DNA of 64,000 bases from Bacillota bacterium (GTDB lineage Bacteria; Bacillota; Dethiobacteria; DTU022), in NCBI GenBank assembly GCA_029552125.1, contig JAKPEE010000069.1, positions 93,641-157,640 on the forward strand, read 5' to 3'. Under the pieces are notes generated by a model. The model did no database searches. It was not told where the DNA came from and saw only the letters and a list, made by a program, of their open reading frames with translations. Position numbers and translations under genes: made by a program. This document shows, in pieces, positions 17,438 through 27,218 of the stretch; position 1 is the stretch's first letter; every line of letters starts with the position of its first letter.

Positions 17438-18191
17438 ATCAGTAGCACCGTATTCCGGTTTTGCCGCCATCTACGACTGCGTGATGGCCGGCGTCGACTA
17501 TGAAGCCTGGGCCGATTATATAACGAAGCTAATACAGCATTGGGGCGGCAATCCCCGTTTGCTCATCGATTTGGCCTGCGGCACCGGCAGCTCCACGCTG
17601 CCTTTCGCCAGGCGGGGGTATGCCATCGAAGGCATGGATCTTTCAGAAGCGATGCTGCGCCAGGCCCGGATCAAGGCAAAGCAAGAGGCCTTGCCGGTTC
17701 GCTTTTTCCAGGGCGATCTGCGCTCATTTAAGACGGATAAACAGTACGACCTGGCGCTGCTTTTTCAGGATGGCTTAAATTACCTGCTGACTGAAAGCGA
17801 GCTGGCGGCGGCACTAAAATGTATTTACCGCTGCCTTAATCCCGGAGGAATGTTTATTTTTGACCTGACCCGGCCGTCGCTGCGCGGCGGGGAGGCGAAG
17901 GGAACTGTTTACTGGGCTGACGATGAAAATTTGACATTAATCTGGCAGAGCTTTTACCGGCCCGGGGAAGGAATCTGGGAAGTAACGCTGACCGCTTTTT
18001 ACCGGGAAGAAGGCCACCAGTATTACCGCAAGTTCCAGGAAAAACATTGCGAAAGGGATTTCGAGCCCGGCCTGGTGAAGCGCCTCCTGGAAGCGGCCGG
18101 ATTTGCCGTAAAGGGCTGCTACGCGACCTTCAGCCTGGAGCCGTCAGACGGCGACAGGCCGAAGCTGACCTTTGTGGCGGAGAAGAAATAA
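17397..18191 (+). CDS. Class I SAM-dependent methyltransferase.
   Basis: SAM-binding motif LIDLACGTGSST and acidic post-I/II motifs. The start is chosen at GTG 17397 after AGGAGG; GTG at 17421 is the alternative. Confidence 0.7.
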   Translation: MSGARDRNVEAATESVAPYSGFAAIYDCVMAGVDYEAWADYITKLIQHWGGNPRLLIDLACGTGSSTLPFARRGYAIEGMDLSEAMLRQARIKAKQEALPVRFFQGDLRSFKTDKQYDLALLFQDGLNYLLTESELAAALKCIYRCLNPGGMFIFDLTRPSLRGGEAKGTVYWADDENLTLIWQSFYRPGEGIWEVTLTAFYREEGHQYYRKFQEKHCERDFEPGLVKRLLEAAGFAVKGCYATFSLEPSDGDRPKLTFVAEKK

Positions 18192-18192
18192 G

Positions 18193-18654
18193 ATGATGCA
18201 TATAGTTCTCTATGAACCGGAAATACCCCAAAATACCGGGAATATCGCCCGCACCTGCGTCATGACCGGCTCCATGCTGCACCTCATTGAGCCGCTGGGC
18301 TTCAGTTTATCCCAAAAAGAGATCCGGCGGGCCGGCCTGGATTACTGGCCGTACCTGAAATTAAAGGTCTACCCGGACTATGCTTCCCTGCGCGCCGCCT
18401 ATCCCGGCAGCCGGTTTTTTTTCTTCTCCACCCGCGGCAGTAATTATTATACTTCTGTTTCATACCGCCCCGGCGATTTTTTAGTTTTCGGGCGCGAGAC
18501 CAGCGGGCTTCCCGCGGAAATCCTGGCCAGGGAAAAACAGGTTTTGCGCATCCCCATGGTCCCCCAGATCCCGCGCTCCTTAAATCTGGCCAATACCGTG
18601 GCCCTGGTCCTCTACGAAGCCCTGAGACAGCAGGGCTTTCCGGGGATGAGCTGA
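18193..18654 (+). CDS. trmL: tRNA (cytidine/uridine-2'-O)-methyltransferase TrmL (SpoU/TrmH family).
   Basis: HIVLYEPEIPQNTGNIARTC and the SPOUT motifs LVFGRETSGL and SLNLANTVALVLYEA. Confidence 0.8.
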   Translation: MMHIVLYEPEIPQNTGNIARTCVMTGSMLHLIEPLGFSLSQKEIRRAGLDYWPYLKLKVYPDYASLRAAYPGSRFFFFSTRGSNYYTSVSYRPGDFLVFGRETSGLPAEILAREKQVLRIPMVPQIPRSLNLANTVALVLYEALRQQGFPGMS

Positions 18655-18790
18655 CAAAAAACCGTCCCTGGCGGGTATCCGGGCGGCGGCTGTCCCCTGA
18701 TTGCACCACGGCAAAACTAAAAAAAGAAAGATTAAAACAACAGTCATCAAAGCAAAGGTTTAGGCTTAAAATTAGTAGGGGAGGGAGAGG

Positions 18791-19099
18791 ATGAAAAGTT
18801 TTGGAATTATGCTGGGTTTGCTTGCGGCCCTGGCGCTGCTGGCCGCCGGGCTGCTTTTACTGCCGGAGCCGGGTTTTGATACGGCGGCAGGGCTGTTTAC
18901 CGTATTGTGGCTGCTGGTGGCCCTCTTTGCCGCTGTTGCCTTCGGCAGAGAAGCGCTGCGCCGCGAAAAGCTGAGCCGGTACCGCAAAAGCTGGCGTCGT
19001 AAAAGCCGGCGCATACCGGCGCGGTTGCCTGCCGGCCGGATGCCGCTACAATCGACGGAGGGAGAGTTTATTCGCCTGCGGGGACGGCGGTTAGATTAA
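18791..19099 (+). CDS. Hypothetical small membrane protein.
   Basis: RBS GGGAGGGAGAGG precedes the ATG. There are two predicted hydrophobic helices and an Arg-rich tail. No family was recognised. Confidence 0.4.
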   Translation: MKSFGIMLGLLAALALLAAGLLLLPEPGFDTAAGLFTVLWLLVALFAAVAFGREALRREKLSRYRKSWRRKSRRIPARLPAGRMPLQSTEGEFIRLRGRRLD

Positions 19100-19508
19100 T
19101 TACCGCTTCCCTGGCGATAAAGGCCCAGTTTACTGTGATCAGATAATCTTTTTCTTCCACACTCAGCTTGCGCTGATGAAAAAGGGCCAGGATGAGTTCA
19201 TAATCAACATTTTCAACAGGTTCGCCCACCAGCCCGGAAGAAATTTCCGTTAAAGCCTGGCGCAGGGCCAGCGCGGTAAAGGCGTTCAAATCATCATTAA
19301 GCTGAATGCTGACAGATCTGATATCCCCTTCCTGATGTTCTTCCCACAGCGACTCTATTTTCTGCAGGCGCTCCGTGGTCTCAAAAAGCTCTACCCGTAA
19401 TTTTTCTTTTTCCCAGTAGAGCTGCTCCATGGTGGAAGCATGAAAGAGGCTGACGGCTATGGCCCCGGCCAGGATACCCAGGAGCAGAGGCGATATTATT
19501 TTGCGCAC
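19068..19508 (-). CDS. YtrI-like sporulation membrane protein.
   Basis: N-terminal TM helix. It sits immediately downstream of the ytrH-like gene and is divergent from dnaE, as in the B. subtilis ytrI-ytrH/dnaE arrangement. Confidence 0.45.
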   Translation of the reverse strand: MRKIISPLLLGILAGAIAVSLFHASTMEQLYWEKEKLRVELFETTERLQKIESLWEEHQEGDIRSVSIQLNDDLNAFTALALRQALTEISSGLVGEPVENVDYELILALFHQRKLSVEEKDYLITVNWAFIAREAVINLTAVPAGE

Positions 19509-19832
19509 CTACCGCTCCGCCCCCAGGGAAAGGATAATCCAGTAGCCCAGGTGCGCGCCAAGAAAGGCACTGCAAACAACTAAAAGCTGCTTGGCCAGGT
19601 CGTGAAATTGCCGGCCAAAAACTCCGGCTTCAAAAACTTTGATCACGCCGAAGGTGCCGCCCAGCGCCGCCACCAGGGCCCATATTTTCAGCTCTCCGGA
19701 TAATTCCAGCATTGTTTTTAGCGGAGGCCGCTGGGTTATAACGGCGCCCAAAGCACCGACCAGGCTGCCGCCCAAATTCACACCGAGAGCCACGCAGAAA
19801 GTAAGAATTAAAGATTGCCAGAATTTATCCAT
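19509..19832 (-). CDS. YtrH-like sporulation membrane protein.
   Basis: 107-aa polytopic membrane protein (MDKFWQSLILTFCVALGVNLGGSLVGALG...) in conserved synteny divergent from dnaE. Confidence 0.5.
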   Translation of the reverse strand: MDKFWQSLILTFCVALGVNLGGSLVGALGAVITQRPPLKTMLELSGELKIWALVAALGGTFGVIKVFEAGVFGRQFHDLAKQLLVVCSAFLGAHLGYWIILSLGAER

Positions 19833-19985
19833 GTGCGACCGCCCCTTTTATTTGATAATTATGCCGCACGCCGGGAGGAAATACTTGCCGGGAAGGGGAA
19901 TAAAAAAGACAGAAATCAGAACCCGGAATCCAGAAGGAAACACGGAGAAAGAATAGAGTTTCTTGATCGAAGACAGACCATAGTC

Positions 19986-20015
19986 TTGCCGATTACCGCT
20001 GGTTTGCCTTATAAT
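19986..20015 (+). promoter_or_regulatory. Candidate sigma-A promoter for dnaE.
   Basis: TTGCCG-N18-TATAAT, about 140 nt upstream of the dnaE ATG. Confidence 0.35.
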
Positions 20016-20155
20016 TCATGATGCCCCGGCAGTGATTAATTCGATAAGGCACTGCTGCTATGGTTAGAAGCTGGACAACGCCGGCACTGCATCTGAGTTC
20101 CGGCTTCTGCATTCTGGATTCCCTGGAATATAACAGCAAAGGAATCGATGTAGCC

Positions 20156-23100
20156 ATGTCCGATTTCGTTCACCTCCATTGCCACACTGAATACAGCCTT
20201 TTGGACGGGGCGTCCCGGATCAAGCAGCTAGTGCAAAAGGCCGCCGCCCTTAATATGCCGGCCCTGGCCATTACCGATCACGGCAGTATGTTCGGCGTTA
20301 TTGATTTCTACCGCGAGGCTGAAAAAGCCGGGATCAAGCCTATTCTTGGCTGTGAAGTATATGTGGCGCCGCGGACCCGTTTTCAGAAAGAGGCAAAACT
20401 GGATGATTACCAGTACCACCTGATCCTGCTGGCTGAAAACGAAACCGGGTACCGCAACCTGATGCGCCTTGTCTCCGCCGCCTACGTGGAGGGGTTTTAC
20501 TATAAGCCGCGGGTGGACCGGGAACTGCTGCGGGAAAATGCAGAAGGGTTAATTGCCTTAAGCGCCTGCCTGGCCGGAGAAATCCCGACCTTGCTCATGC
20601 GCCGGGAGCTGGAAAACGCGCGCCGGCTGGCCCTGGAATACCGCGCCATATTTGGGGAAAAAAATTTCTATCTGGAGCTGCAGGATCATAGTTTGCCCGA
20701 GCAGACCGGTGTGAACCGGCTCCTCCGGCAGTTGTCCGCGGAAGAAGGAATTCCCCTCGTGGCTACCAATGATGTCCATTACCTCAACCGGGAAGATGCT
20801 GACGTCCACGACGTGCTCCTTTGCGTCCAGACGGGAAAAACAATTTACGACCCCGGGCGGCTCAAGTTCGGGTCACAGGAATTTTATTTTAAAGACAGCC
20901 GGGAAATGGCGAAACTTTTTTCAGACTGCCCCGAGGCGCTGGCCAATACGCTGCAGATCGCTGAGCGCTGCCAGGTCAATTTTAGCTTTGACCGGCTATA
21001 TTTGCCCGAATACGAATTGCCGCCGGGAGTAACCGCTGATCGCTATTTAGAGGAACTCTGTCGCGAAGGGCTGCAGCGCCGTTATGGAGAAGCAACGGCA
21101 GAACTGCAGCAACGCCTTGACTATGAACTGCAGATTATTACCCGGATGAATTATTCCAGTTATTTTTTAATCGTGTGGGATCTGATCAGCTTCGCCCGCA
21201 AGCACGGGATCCTGGTGGGCCCGGGCCGGGGCTCGGCCGCTGGAAGCCTGGTCGCCTACTGCCTCGGTATTACCAATATTGACCCCATGCGCAATAAGCT
21301 GCTGTTTGAACGTTTTCTCAATCCCGAGCGGGTAACCATGCCCGATATTGACATTGATTTCTGCGACGACAAGCGGGACCAGGTTTTGCAGTATGTTCTG
21401 AACAAATACGGGCATGACCGGGTAGCCCAGATCATTACCTTCGGCACCATGGCCGCCAGGGCGGCGGTGCGAGACGTGGGCCGGGCTCTCGGTTTTTCCT
21501 ACGGCGAGGTGGATCGTATCGCCAAGCTAATCCCCGCCGAACCGGGCATGAGCATCCCCAGGGCGCTGGAACAGGTAAAAGAGTTGCAGGAAGCGCTGCA
21601 AGACGAACGTTACCGGCAGTTGCTGGAAACTTCCCGGGCCGTGGAGGGGCTGCCGCGGCATGCCTCCATCCATGCCGCCGGTGTAGTCATCTCCCGGGAG
21701 CCCCTGGTAAATTATGTCCCCCTGCTGAAAACTACCGACGGCACCGTGGTGACCCAGTTCCCCATGGGCACTTTAGAACGGCTGGGCCTGCTCAAAATGG
21801 ATTTTTTGGGCCTGAAAACCTTAAGCGTCATGGGAGAGACGCTGGAACAAATCCGCAGGCGCCACAACCGGGAGATCACCCTGGAAGAAATCCCGCTTGA
21901 TGATCAAAAAACCTTTCAGCTTTTATCCCAGGGGGAGACCACCGGAATATTTCAACTGGAAAGCTCCGGCATGCGCAGCGTCCTGCGCGAGCTGCAGCCC
22001 AACAAGTTCGAAGACATTATTGCCGTGGTAGCCCTTTACCGCCCCGGGCCCATGGAGCAGATCCCTACTTTTATTCAAAGCAAGCACGGCAAGAAAAAAA
22101 TTCAATATCTTCACCCGGTGCTGGAGCCCATCTTAAACGAAACTTACGGCGTGATCGTTTACCAGGAGCAGATCATGGAGATTGCCGCCAAAATGGCCGG
22201 CTTTACCCTGGGCCAGGCCGACCTGCTGCGCCGGGCCATCGGCAAAAAGAAGAAAGAAATATTGGACGAGCAGCAGGAACTGTTTATTAATGGCTGCCAG
22301 CAGAACGGTTATTCGAAGAAAATTGCCACAGAGATTTACAACCTGATTTTAAAGTTTGCCTCCTACGGGTTTAATAAATCCCATGCCGCCGCCTATGCCC
22401 TGATTGCCTATCAGACTGCCTACCTGAAAGCCAATTACCCGGTGGAATTCATGGCCGCCCTGATGACCGGATACTATTCCAGCAGTGATAAAGTAGCTCT
22501 CTATATCGCCGACTGCCGCCGCCAGGGCATCAACATATTGCCGCCGGATATAAACGAAAGCGAAACCAACTTTACGGTTGTGGCCGATGACTGCATCCGC
22601 TTCGGACTGGCTGCCGTAAAAAATGTGGGGCTGGGCGCCATCGACTCCATCCTGGAGGCCCGCCGGGAGAAACCTTTTCTTTCGCTTAAAGATTTTACCG
22701 CCAGGGTCGATTTGCGCCTGTGCAATCGCAAGGTCATTGAAAGCCTGATCAAATGCGGCGCCTTTGATTCCCTGGGCGGCCGGCGCGCCCAGTACCTGGC
22801 CTGCCTGGATGAAGTACTGGCCCAGGGCCAATCGGTGCAGCGGGAAAGAGAAAACGGGCAGATCTCCATGTTTTCATTGATGGATCAGGACAGCCGGGAT
22901 GATTTGCTGCAGGACCGCCTGCCGCCTATCCCTGAATTTAGTGATAAAGAGCGGCTGGCCCTGGAAAAGGAGATGCTGGGGCTCTATATTAGCGGCCATC
23001 CCCTGGAGCAATACCGTAAATTAATGGAGCGCATGCCAAACCTGGTTCGCTGTGCCGAACTGGGCGAAGCGGGCGACAACCATATCGTTACCGTGGGCGG

Positions 23101-23560
23101 TATTGTCACCGCGGTGCGGTCTCTATATACCAAAAAAGGAAAACCGATGGCTTTTGTGCAGCTTGAGGACTTGACCGGGACTGTGGAGGTAATCGTATTC
23201 AGCGATTTATACGAAAAACAGGCGGAACTGTTCCGGGAAGACAGCTTGCTGATCATCAAGGGCCGGACAGATCTAAAAGAAGAAGAGGAGGCGAAACTTA
23301 TCGCCGAAACTGTGACACCACTGCCCCAGGAGACAAAACAGCTTTATTTAAAAATACGGGAAGGGTTGGAAATCGGCGGCCTGGTTCGCTTAAAACAACT
23401 GCTCCAGGACACCGAAGGCCAGATGCCGGTTTATCTTTACTTTGAAAAAGAAAAAAAGCTGCTGCTTTTAGAAAGAGAGCTCTGGGCCCCGGACGACGCC
23501 GCTTTTCACCAGAAACTGGAAAATTTACTTGGCCCGGGTACGGTCAGAGTTCAGGAGTAG
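20156..23560 (+). CDS. dnaE: DNA polymerase III alpha subunit.
   Basis: PHP-domain start MSDFVHLHCHTEYSLLDGA and a polymerase core of about 1130 aa with an OB-fold C-terminus. Confidence 0.9.
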   Translation: MSDFVHLHCHTEYSLLDGASRIKQLVQKAAALNMPALAITDHGSMFGVIDFYREAEKAGIKPILGCEVYVAPRTRFQKEAKLDDYQYHLILLAENETGYRNLMRLVSAAYVEGFYYKPRVDRELLRENAEGLIALSACLAGEIPTLLMRRELENARRLALEYRAIFGEKNFYLELQDHSLPEQTGVNRLLRQLSAEEGIPLVATNDVHYLNREDADVHDVLLCVQTGKTIYDPGRLKFGSQEFYFKDSREMAKLFSDCPEALANTLQIAERCQVNFSFDRLYLPEYELPPGVTADRYLEELCREGLQRRYGEATAELQQRLDYELQIITRMNYSSYFLIVWDLISFARKHGILVGPGRGSAAGSLVAYCLGITNIDPMRNKLLFERFLNPERVTMPDIDIDFCDDKRDQVLQYVLNKYGHDRVAQIITFGTMAARAAVRDVGRALGFSYGEVDRIAKLIPAEPGMSIPRALEQVKELQEALQDERYRQLLETSRAVEGLPRHASIHAAGVVISREPLVNYVPLLKTTDGTVVTQFPMGTLERLGLLKMDFLGLKTLSVMGETLEQIRRRHNREITLEEIPLDDQKTFQLLSQGETTGIFQLESSGMRSVLRELQPNKFEDIIAVVALYRPGPMEQIPTFIQSKHGKKKIQYLHPVLEPILNETYGVIVYQEQIMEIAAKMAGFTLGQADLLRRAIGKKKKEILDEQQELFINGCQQNGYSKKIATEIYNLILKFASYGFNKSHAAAYALIAYQTAYLKANYPVEFMAALMTGYYSSSDKVALYIADCRRQGINILPPDINESETNFTVVADDCIRFGLAAVKNVGLGAIDSILEARREKPFLSLKDFTARVDLRLCNRKVIESLIKCGAFDSLGGRRAQYLACLDEVLAQGQSVQRERENGQISMFSLMDQDSRDDLLQDRLPPIPEFSDKERLALEKEMLGLYISGHPLEQYRKLMERMPNLVRCAELGEAGDNHIVTVGGIVTAVRSLYTKKGKPMAFVQLEDLTGTVEVIVFSDLYEKQAELFREDSLLIIKGRTDLKEEEEAKLIAETVTPLPQETKQLYLKIREGLEIGGLVRLKQLLQDTEGQMPVYLYFEKEKKLLLLERELWAPDDAAFHQKLENLLGPGTVRVQE

Positions 23561-23603
23561 AATAATCTGCTGTGCGAATGCTACCAGAAGAGAGGGATTA
23601 TTC

Positions 23604-24566
23604 ATGGGGAAAATAGCCATATTAACTAGCGGTGGAGACGCTCCCGGCATGAATGCCGCCATCCGTGCCGTGGTGCGCCAGGGGCTATACCTGGGGCTGG
23701 AGGTGTACGGGATCGAGCGGGGCTTCGCCGGCCTGGTCAGAGGAAGCGCATTTCGCCGCATGGAGATGGGCTCGGTTGCCGGGATTATTCACCGCGGCGG
23801 CACGATCTTACATACCGCCCGGGCGCCGGAATTTCTGGACGAGGCGGTGCAGCGGCAGGCCGCCCTCCGCCTGAAAAAAGAAGGGATTACAGGGCTGGTG
23901 GTCATTGGCGGCGACGGGTCATTTCGCGGCGCCATGGCCCTGGAAAAATTCGGCATTAAGACGGCCTGCATCCCCGGAACAATCGACAACGATATCGCCG
24001 GTACTGACAGCACGATCGGTTTTGATACGGCGGTAAACACGGTGCTGGACGCCATGAACCGCCTGCGGGATACGGCCACTTCCCACGAACGCTTCTTTGT
24101 GGTTGAAGTAATGGGGCGCAATAACGGCTTGCTTGCCCTGACCGCAGGCCTGGCCGGGGGGGCCGAAGCGATCCTGGTCCCGGAAATACCTTACGATTTG
24201 GAAAGCATCTGCCGGAGGCTGCGCCAGGGCATTGAGCGCAATAAAACCCACAGCCTGATCCTGGTGGCCGAGGGAGCGGCCAGCGCCTTCACCATCGGCC
24301 GGGAAATTGAAGAGAAGATGGGGCTGGAAACCAGGGTAACGGTCCTGGGGCATATTCAGCGCGGCGGCAGCCCCACCGCCGTAGACAGGATCCTGGCCAG
24401 CCGCATGGGTGCGGCAGCGGCCAGGCTGCTGTGGGAAGGCCGCGGAGGGTTAATGGTCGGTTTCAAGGGGGGCGAAATTTATCCTGTTCCGCTCATGGAG
24501 GCTTTTATAGAAAAAAAGAGCTTTCCGTCTGAGCTGTATGAGCTGGCGTTAACCCTGTCAAGATAA
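23604..24566 (+). CDS. pfkA: ATP-dependent 6-phosphofructokinase.
   Basis: MGKIAILTSGGDAPGMNAAIRAVV and GGDGS motifs. Confidence 0.9.
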   Translation: MGKIAILTSGGDAPGMNAAIRAVVRQGLYLGLEVYGIERGFAGLVRGSAFRRMEMGSVAGIIHRGGTILHTARAPEFLDEAVQRQAALRLKKEGITGLVVIGGDGSFRGAMALEKFGIKTACIPGTIDNDIAGTDSTIGFDTAVNTVLDAMNRLRDTATSHERFFVVEVMGRNNGLLALTAGLAGGAEAILVPEIPYDLESICRRLRQGIERNKTHSLILVAEGAASAFTIGREIEEKMGLETRVTVLGHIQRGGSPTAVDRILASRMGAAAARLLWEGRGGLMVGFKGGEIYPVPLMEAFIEKKSFPSELYELALTLSR

Positions 24567-24650
24567 GCACCGGTGCGGTTAAAAAAACAGAAATCTAACG
24601 CTTAATCGAGCGTCCTGGACTCAACCGGCAACAGGAGGAGGGATCTGCTA

Positions 24651-26399
24651 GTGCGACGGACTAAAATTGTCTGTACCATTGGGCCGAGCATCGATTCTGA
24701 AGAGAAAATCGCCGAGATGATCGAAGCGGGCATGGATGTGGCCAGGTTGAACCTGTCACATGGAAAAAGGGAAGAGCATCTCCGCCGGGTGGAGATGATC
24801 CGCGAGGTAAGCAGGAAACTCAAGCGGACAATAGCTATACTGGTAGACACCCGCGGTCCGGAAGTACGCACCGGCCCGTTAAAAGAGGAGAAAATAATCC
24901 TTAAAGACGGCCAGGACTTTATTCTTACCACGTCAGCGGTTACGGGAGACCAGGATCGGGTGGCGGTAACTTACCCGGGATTGCCCCGAGACCTGGCCCC
25001 GGGGCGGACCATTCTCATCGACGACGGTTTACTCCATCTGGAAGTAATAGAAATCAGTGGGGACGACATCCTGTGCAAGGTTATCCATGGCGGAGAACTG
25101 CGCAGCTACAAGGGGCTTAACCTACCGGGGACATCCTTAAGTCTGCCCGCCCTGGGCGCCGAAGACCGGGAAGACTTAAAGCTGCTTCTGGAGCAGGACA
25201 TTCATTTTATCGCCGTCTCTTTCACCCGCACCCGTGAAGATATCCTGGAAGTAAAGCGCCTGGTGGAGGAGATCCTGCCTGATACCCTGATCATCGCCAA
25301 GATTGAAAGCCGCGCCGGAATAGAAAATTTTGATGAAATTCTCGACGTTTCCGACGGGATTATGGTGGCCCGGGGAGATCTCGGCGTGGAGATCCCCACC
25401 GAAGAGGTGCCCCTGTTACAAAAGAAGATCATCTATCAATGCAACCGCAGCGGCAAACCGGTAATCATCGCCACCCAGATGCTGGATAGTATGATTCGCC
25501 ATCCCCTCCCCACCCGGGCCGAGGCCAGCGATGTAGCCAACGCCATTTTTGACGGTACCGACGCCGTCATGCTCTCCGGGGAGACGGCCATGGGCCGCTT
25601 TCCGGTGGAAGCGGTGCAAACCATGAGCCGTATCGCCCGGCGCACTGAAGAAGCGTTACGGTATAAGCAGATCCTGGAAGGCCTGGAGAAAGTCATGGCC
25701 AAGACGGTTACCGATGCCATCAGTTACGCCACCTGCCACACCGCCCAGGAGCTCGGTGCTGAAGCCATTATTACCTCGACCCAGACCGGGCAGACCGCCC
25801 GCATGGTTTCAAAGTATAGACCCCGTTCACCCATTGTGGCGGTGACATCGCGCCGCCGGGTGGCGGCGCAGTTGACCTTAACCTGGGGGGTCTATCCTGT
25901 CCTCTGCCCGCCCGTGGAATCCACCGATGAAATGTTTGCCGCCGCTACTGAAGCGGCGCTGCAGGAGCAACTGGTACGGGAAGGATCTCTGGTTGTCTTC
26001 ACCGCCGGAGTTCCCGTCGGTATTCCCGGCACGACCAACCTGCTCAGGGTAGAGACCATCGGTAAAGTGCTGGCCCGGGGGACGGGCCTGGGCAAAAGCG
26101 CCGTAACCGGTACTGCCTGCGTGGTGAAAGAAATGGCCGATCTAGACTGTCTCCAGGAAGGGCAGATCCTGGTCTTAAGATCGGCAGAAAAAGCTCATCT
26201 TCCCGCCCTGGAAAAAGCGGCGGCTTTGATTACAGAGGAGGGAGGCCTTACCTCCGGCGGCGCCATTTTGGCCTTAAACCTGCATAAACCAGCCGTTGTG
26301 GGGGTGGAGCGGGCTTTAGAGCTGATTAAGACCGGAGAACTGATCACCGTGGATGCCAAGCGGGGCCTGATTTACCACGGCCGCGCCAATGTCCTCTAA
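24651..26399 (+). CDS. pyk: Pyruvate kinase with a C-terminal PEP-utilising (mobile) domain.
   Basis: RRTKIVCTIGP and MVARGDLGVEIP motifs plus a C-terminal PEP-utilizer domain. RBS AGGAGGAGGG precedes GTG at 24651. Confidence 0.9.
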   Translation: MRRTKIVCTIGPSIDSEEKIAEMIEAGMDVARLNLSHGKREEHLRRVEMIREVSRKLKRTIAILVDTRGPEVRTGPLKEEKIILKDGQDFILTTSAVTGDQDRVAVTYPGLPRDLAPGRTILIDDGLLHLEVIEISGDDILCKVIHGGELRSYKGLNLPGTSLSLPALGAEDREDLKLLLEQDIHFIAVSFTRTREDILEVKRLVEEILPDTLIIAKIESRAGIENFDEILDVSDGIMVARGDLGVEIPTEEVPLLQKKIIYQCNRSGKPVIIATQMLDSMIRHPLPTRAEASDVANAIFDGTDAVMLSGETAMGRFPVEAVQTMSRIARRTEEALRYKQILEGLEKVMAKTVTDAISYATCHTAQELGAEAIITSTQTGQTARMVSKYRPRSPIVAVTSRRRVAAQLTLTWGVYPVLCPPVESTDEMFAAATEAALQEQLVREGSLVVFTAGVPVGIPGTTNLLRVETIGKVLARGTGLGKSAVTGTACVVKEMADLDCLQEGQILVLRSAEKAHLPALEKAAALITEEGGLTSGGAILALNLHKPAVVGVERALELIKTGELITVDAKRGLIYHGRANVL

Positions 26400-27215
26400 T
26401 CAATTCGGGGACGGTTCTTGACTTGAATTTAAAAATTAAATACGGAGTTAGAAAAAAGGATGTAAGAGTGCGTGGGGCAATAAAATCATGTTGTCGGAAG
26501 AGAATTAAAATTTTTAATTCTAATTTATGAATGAGGTGTAATGGATGATATTCGACGCGTTGAGGGAAAAAATAAAAAGTTGTCAGGAATGCAAACCCAA
26601 ACATTGTCATTGTCCTCCTTTATATTTCAAATGCAATAATCCAGATGAAGTAAAGGTAATCGTCATTAGTGAACAGCCAATGGAAACAGATAATATAATT
26701 ACCGAAGATTCTATAAAGGAGTGTTTACGAGGCGAACGCAGAGGAAGCCCGACAATAAATGATATCGCAGAACTATTTTCTGAAGAATACAAGAATAGTA
26801 TATTGAAGGACGGTGGTAAATTTTTTTGGACACACCACACAAAGTGCCCGTCCTCTAAAAGAAATAGCATACAAAAAAATTGCCCTCAGAAATGGCTAAC
26901 TAAAGAGATAACTATTTTCCCGAATCTTCAATATATTATAACTATTAGTAGTCCCGCGCACGAAGCAATCATGTCAATGGGAGGATGCAAACCTAATCTT
27001 ACAGATGCGCTTTGGAAAGAATTCGAATTAGTGATATTTAACGAACACTATGGCAAAGATATTGAGATTCCCACTATTAAAATTTGTGGTAAAGTATTCA
27101 ATTATATTTCATTACCGCATACAACGAACTGTAATCCGTTAAGTAATTTTATTCCGTACTTAAGCCCCCTTATCAGAAAGGTAGAGGAAGCTATTTGATA
27201 GTGGTATGAACTATA
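26400..27215. other. Short island that is AT-rich relative to the genome (putative horizontally acquired insert) carrying one ORF.
   Basis: Base composition drops abruptly to roughly one-third G+C by eye, against about 55-60% in the flanks. The left flank holds an 8/8 inverted repeat AATTAAAA-T-TTTTAATT. There is an orphan gene with no functional link to its neighbours. Confidence 0.5.
26545..27198 (+). CDS. Divergent Fe-S uracil-DNA-glycosylase-superfamily (family-4-like) protein.
   Basis: Collinear with the family-4 UDG layout:
- an N-terminal CxxC (SCQECKPKHC);
- a motif-A-like VIVISEQPMETD, where GEGPG would be expected;
- a Cys pair KCPSSKRNSIQKNCPQKWL, matching the family-4 pattern KCRPP...C..WL;
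- a motif-B-like SLPHTTNCNPLS, where HPSPL would be expected.
AT-rich codon usage. Confidence 0.55.
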   Translation: MIFDALREKIKSCQECKPKHCHCPPLYFKCNNPDEVKVIVISEQPMETDNIITEDSIKECLRGERRGSPTINDIAELFSEEYKNSILKDGGKFFWTHHTKCPSSKRNSIQKNCPQKWLTKEITIFPNLQYIITISSPAHEAIMSMGGCKPNLTDALWKEFELVIFNEHYGKDIEIPTIKICGKVFNYISLPHTTNCNPLSNFIPYLSPLIRKVEEAI

Positions 27216-27218
27216 AAA

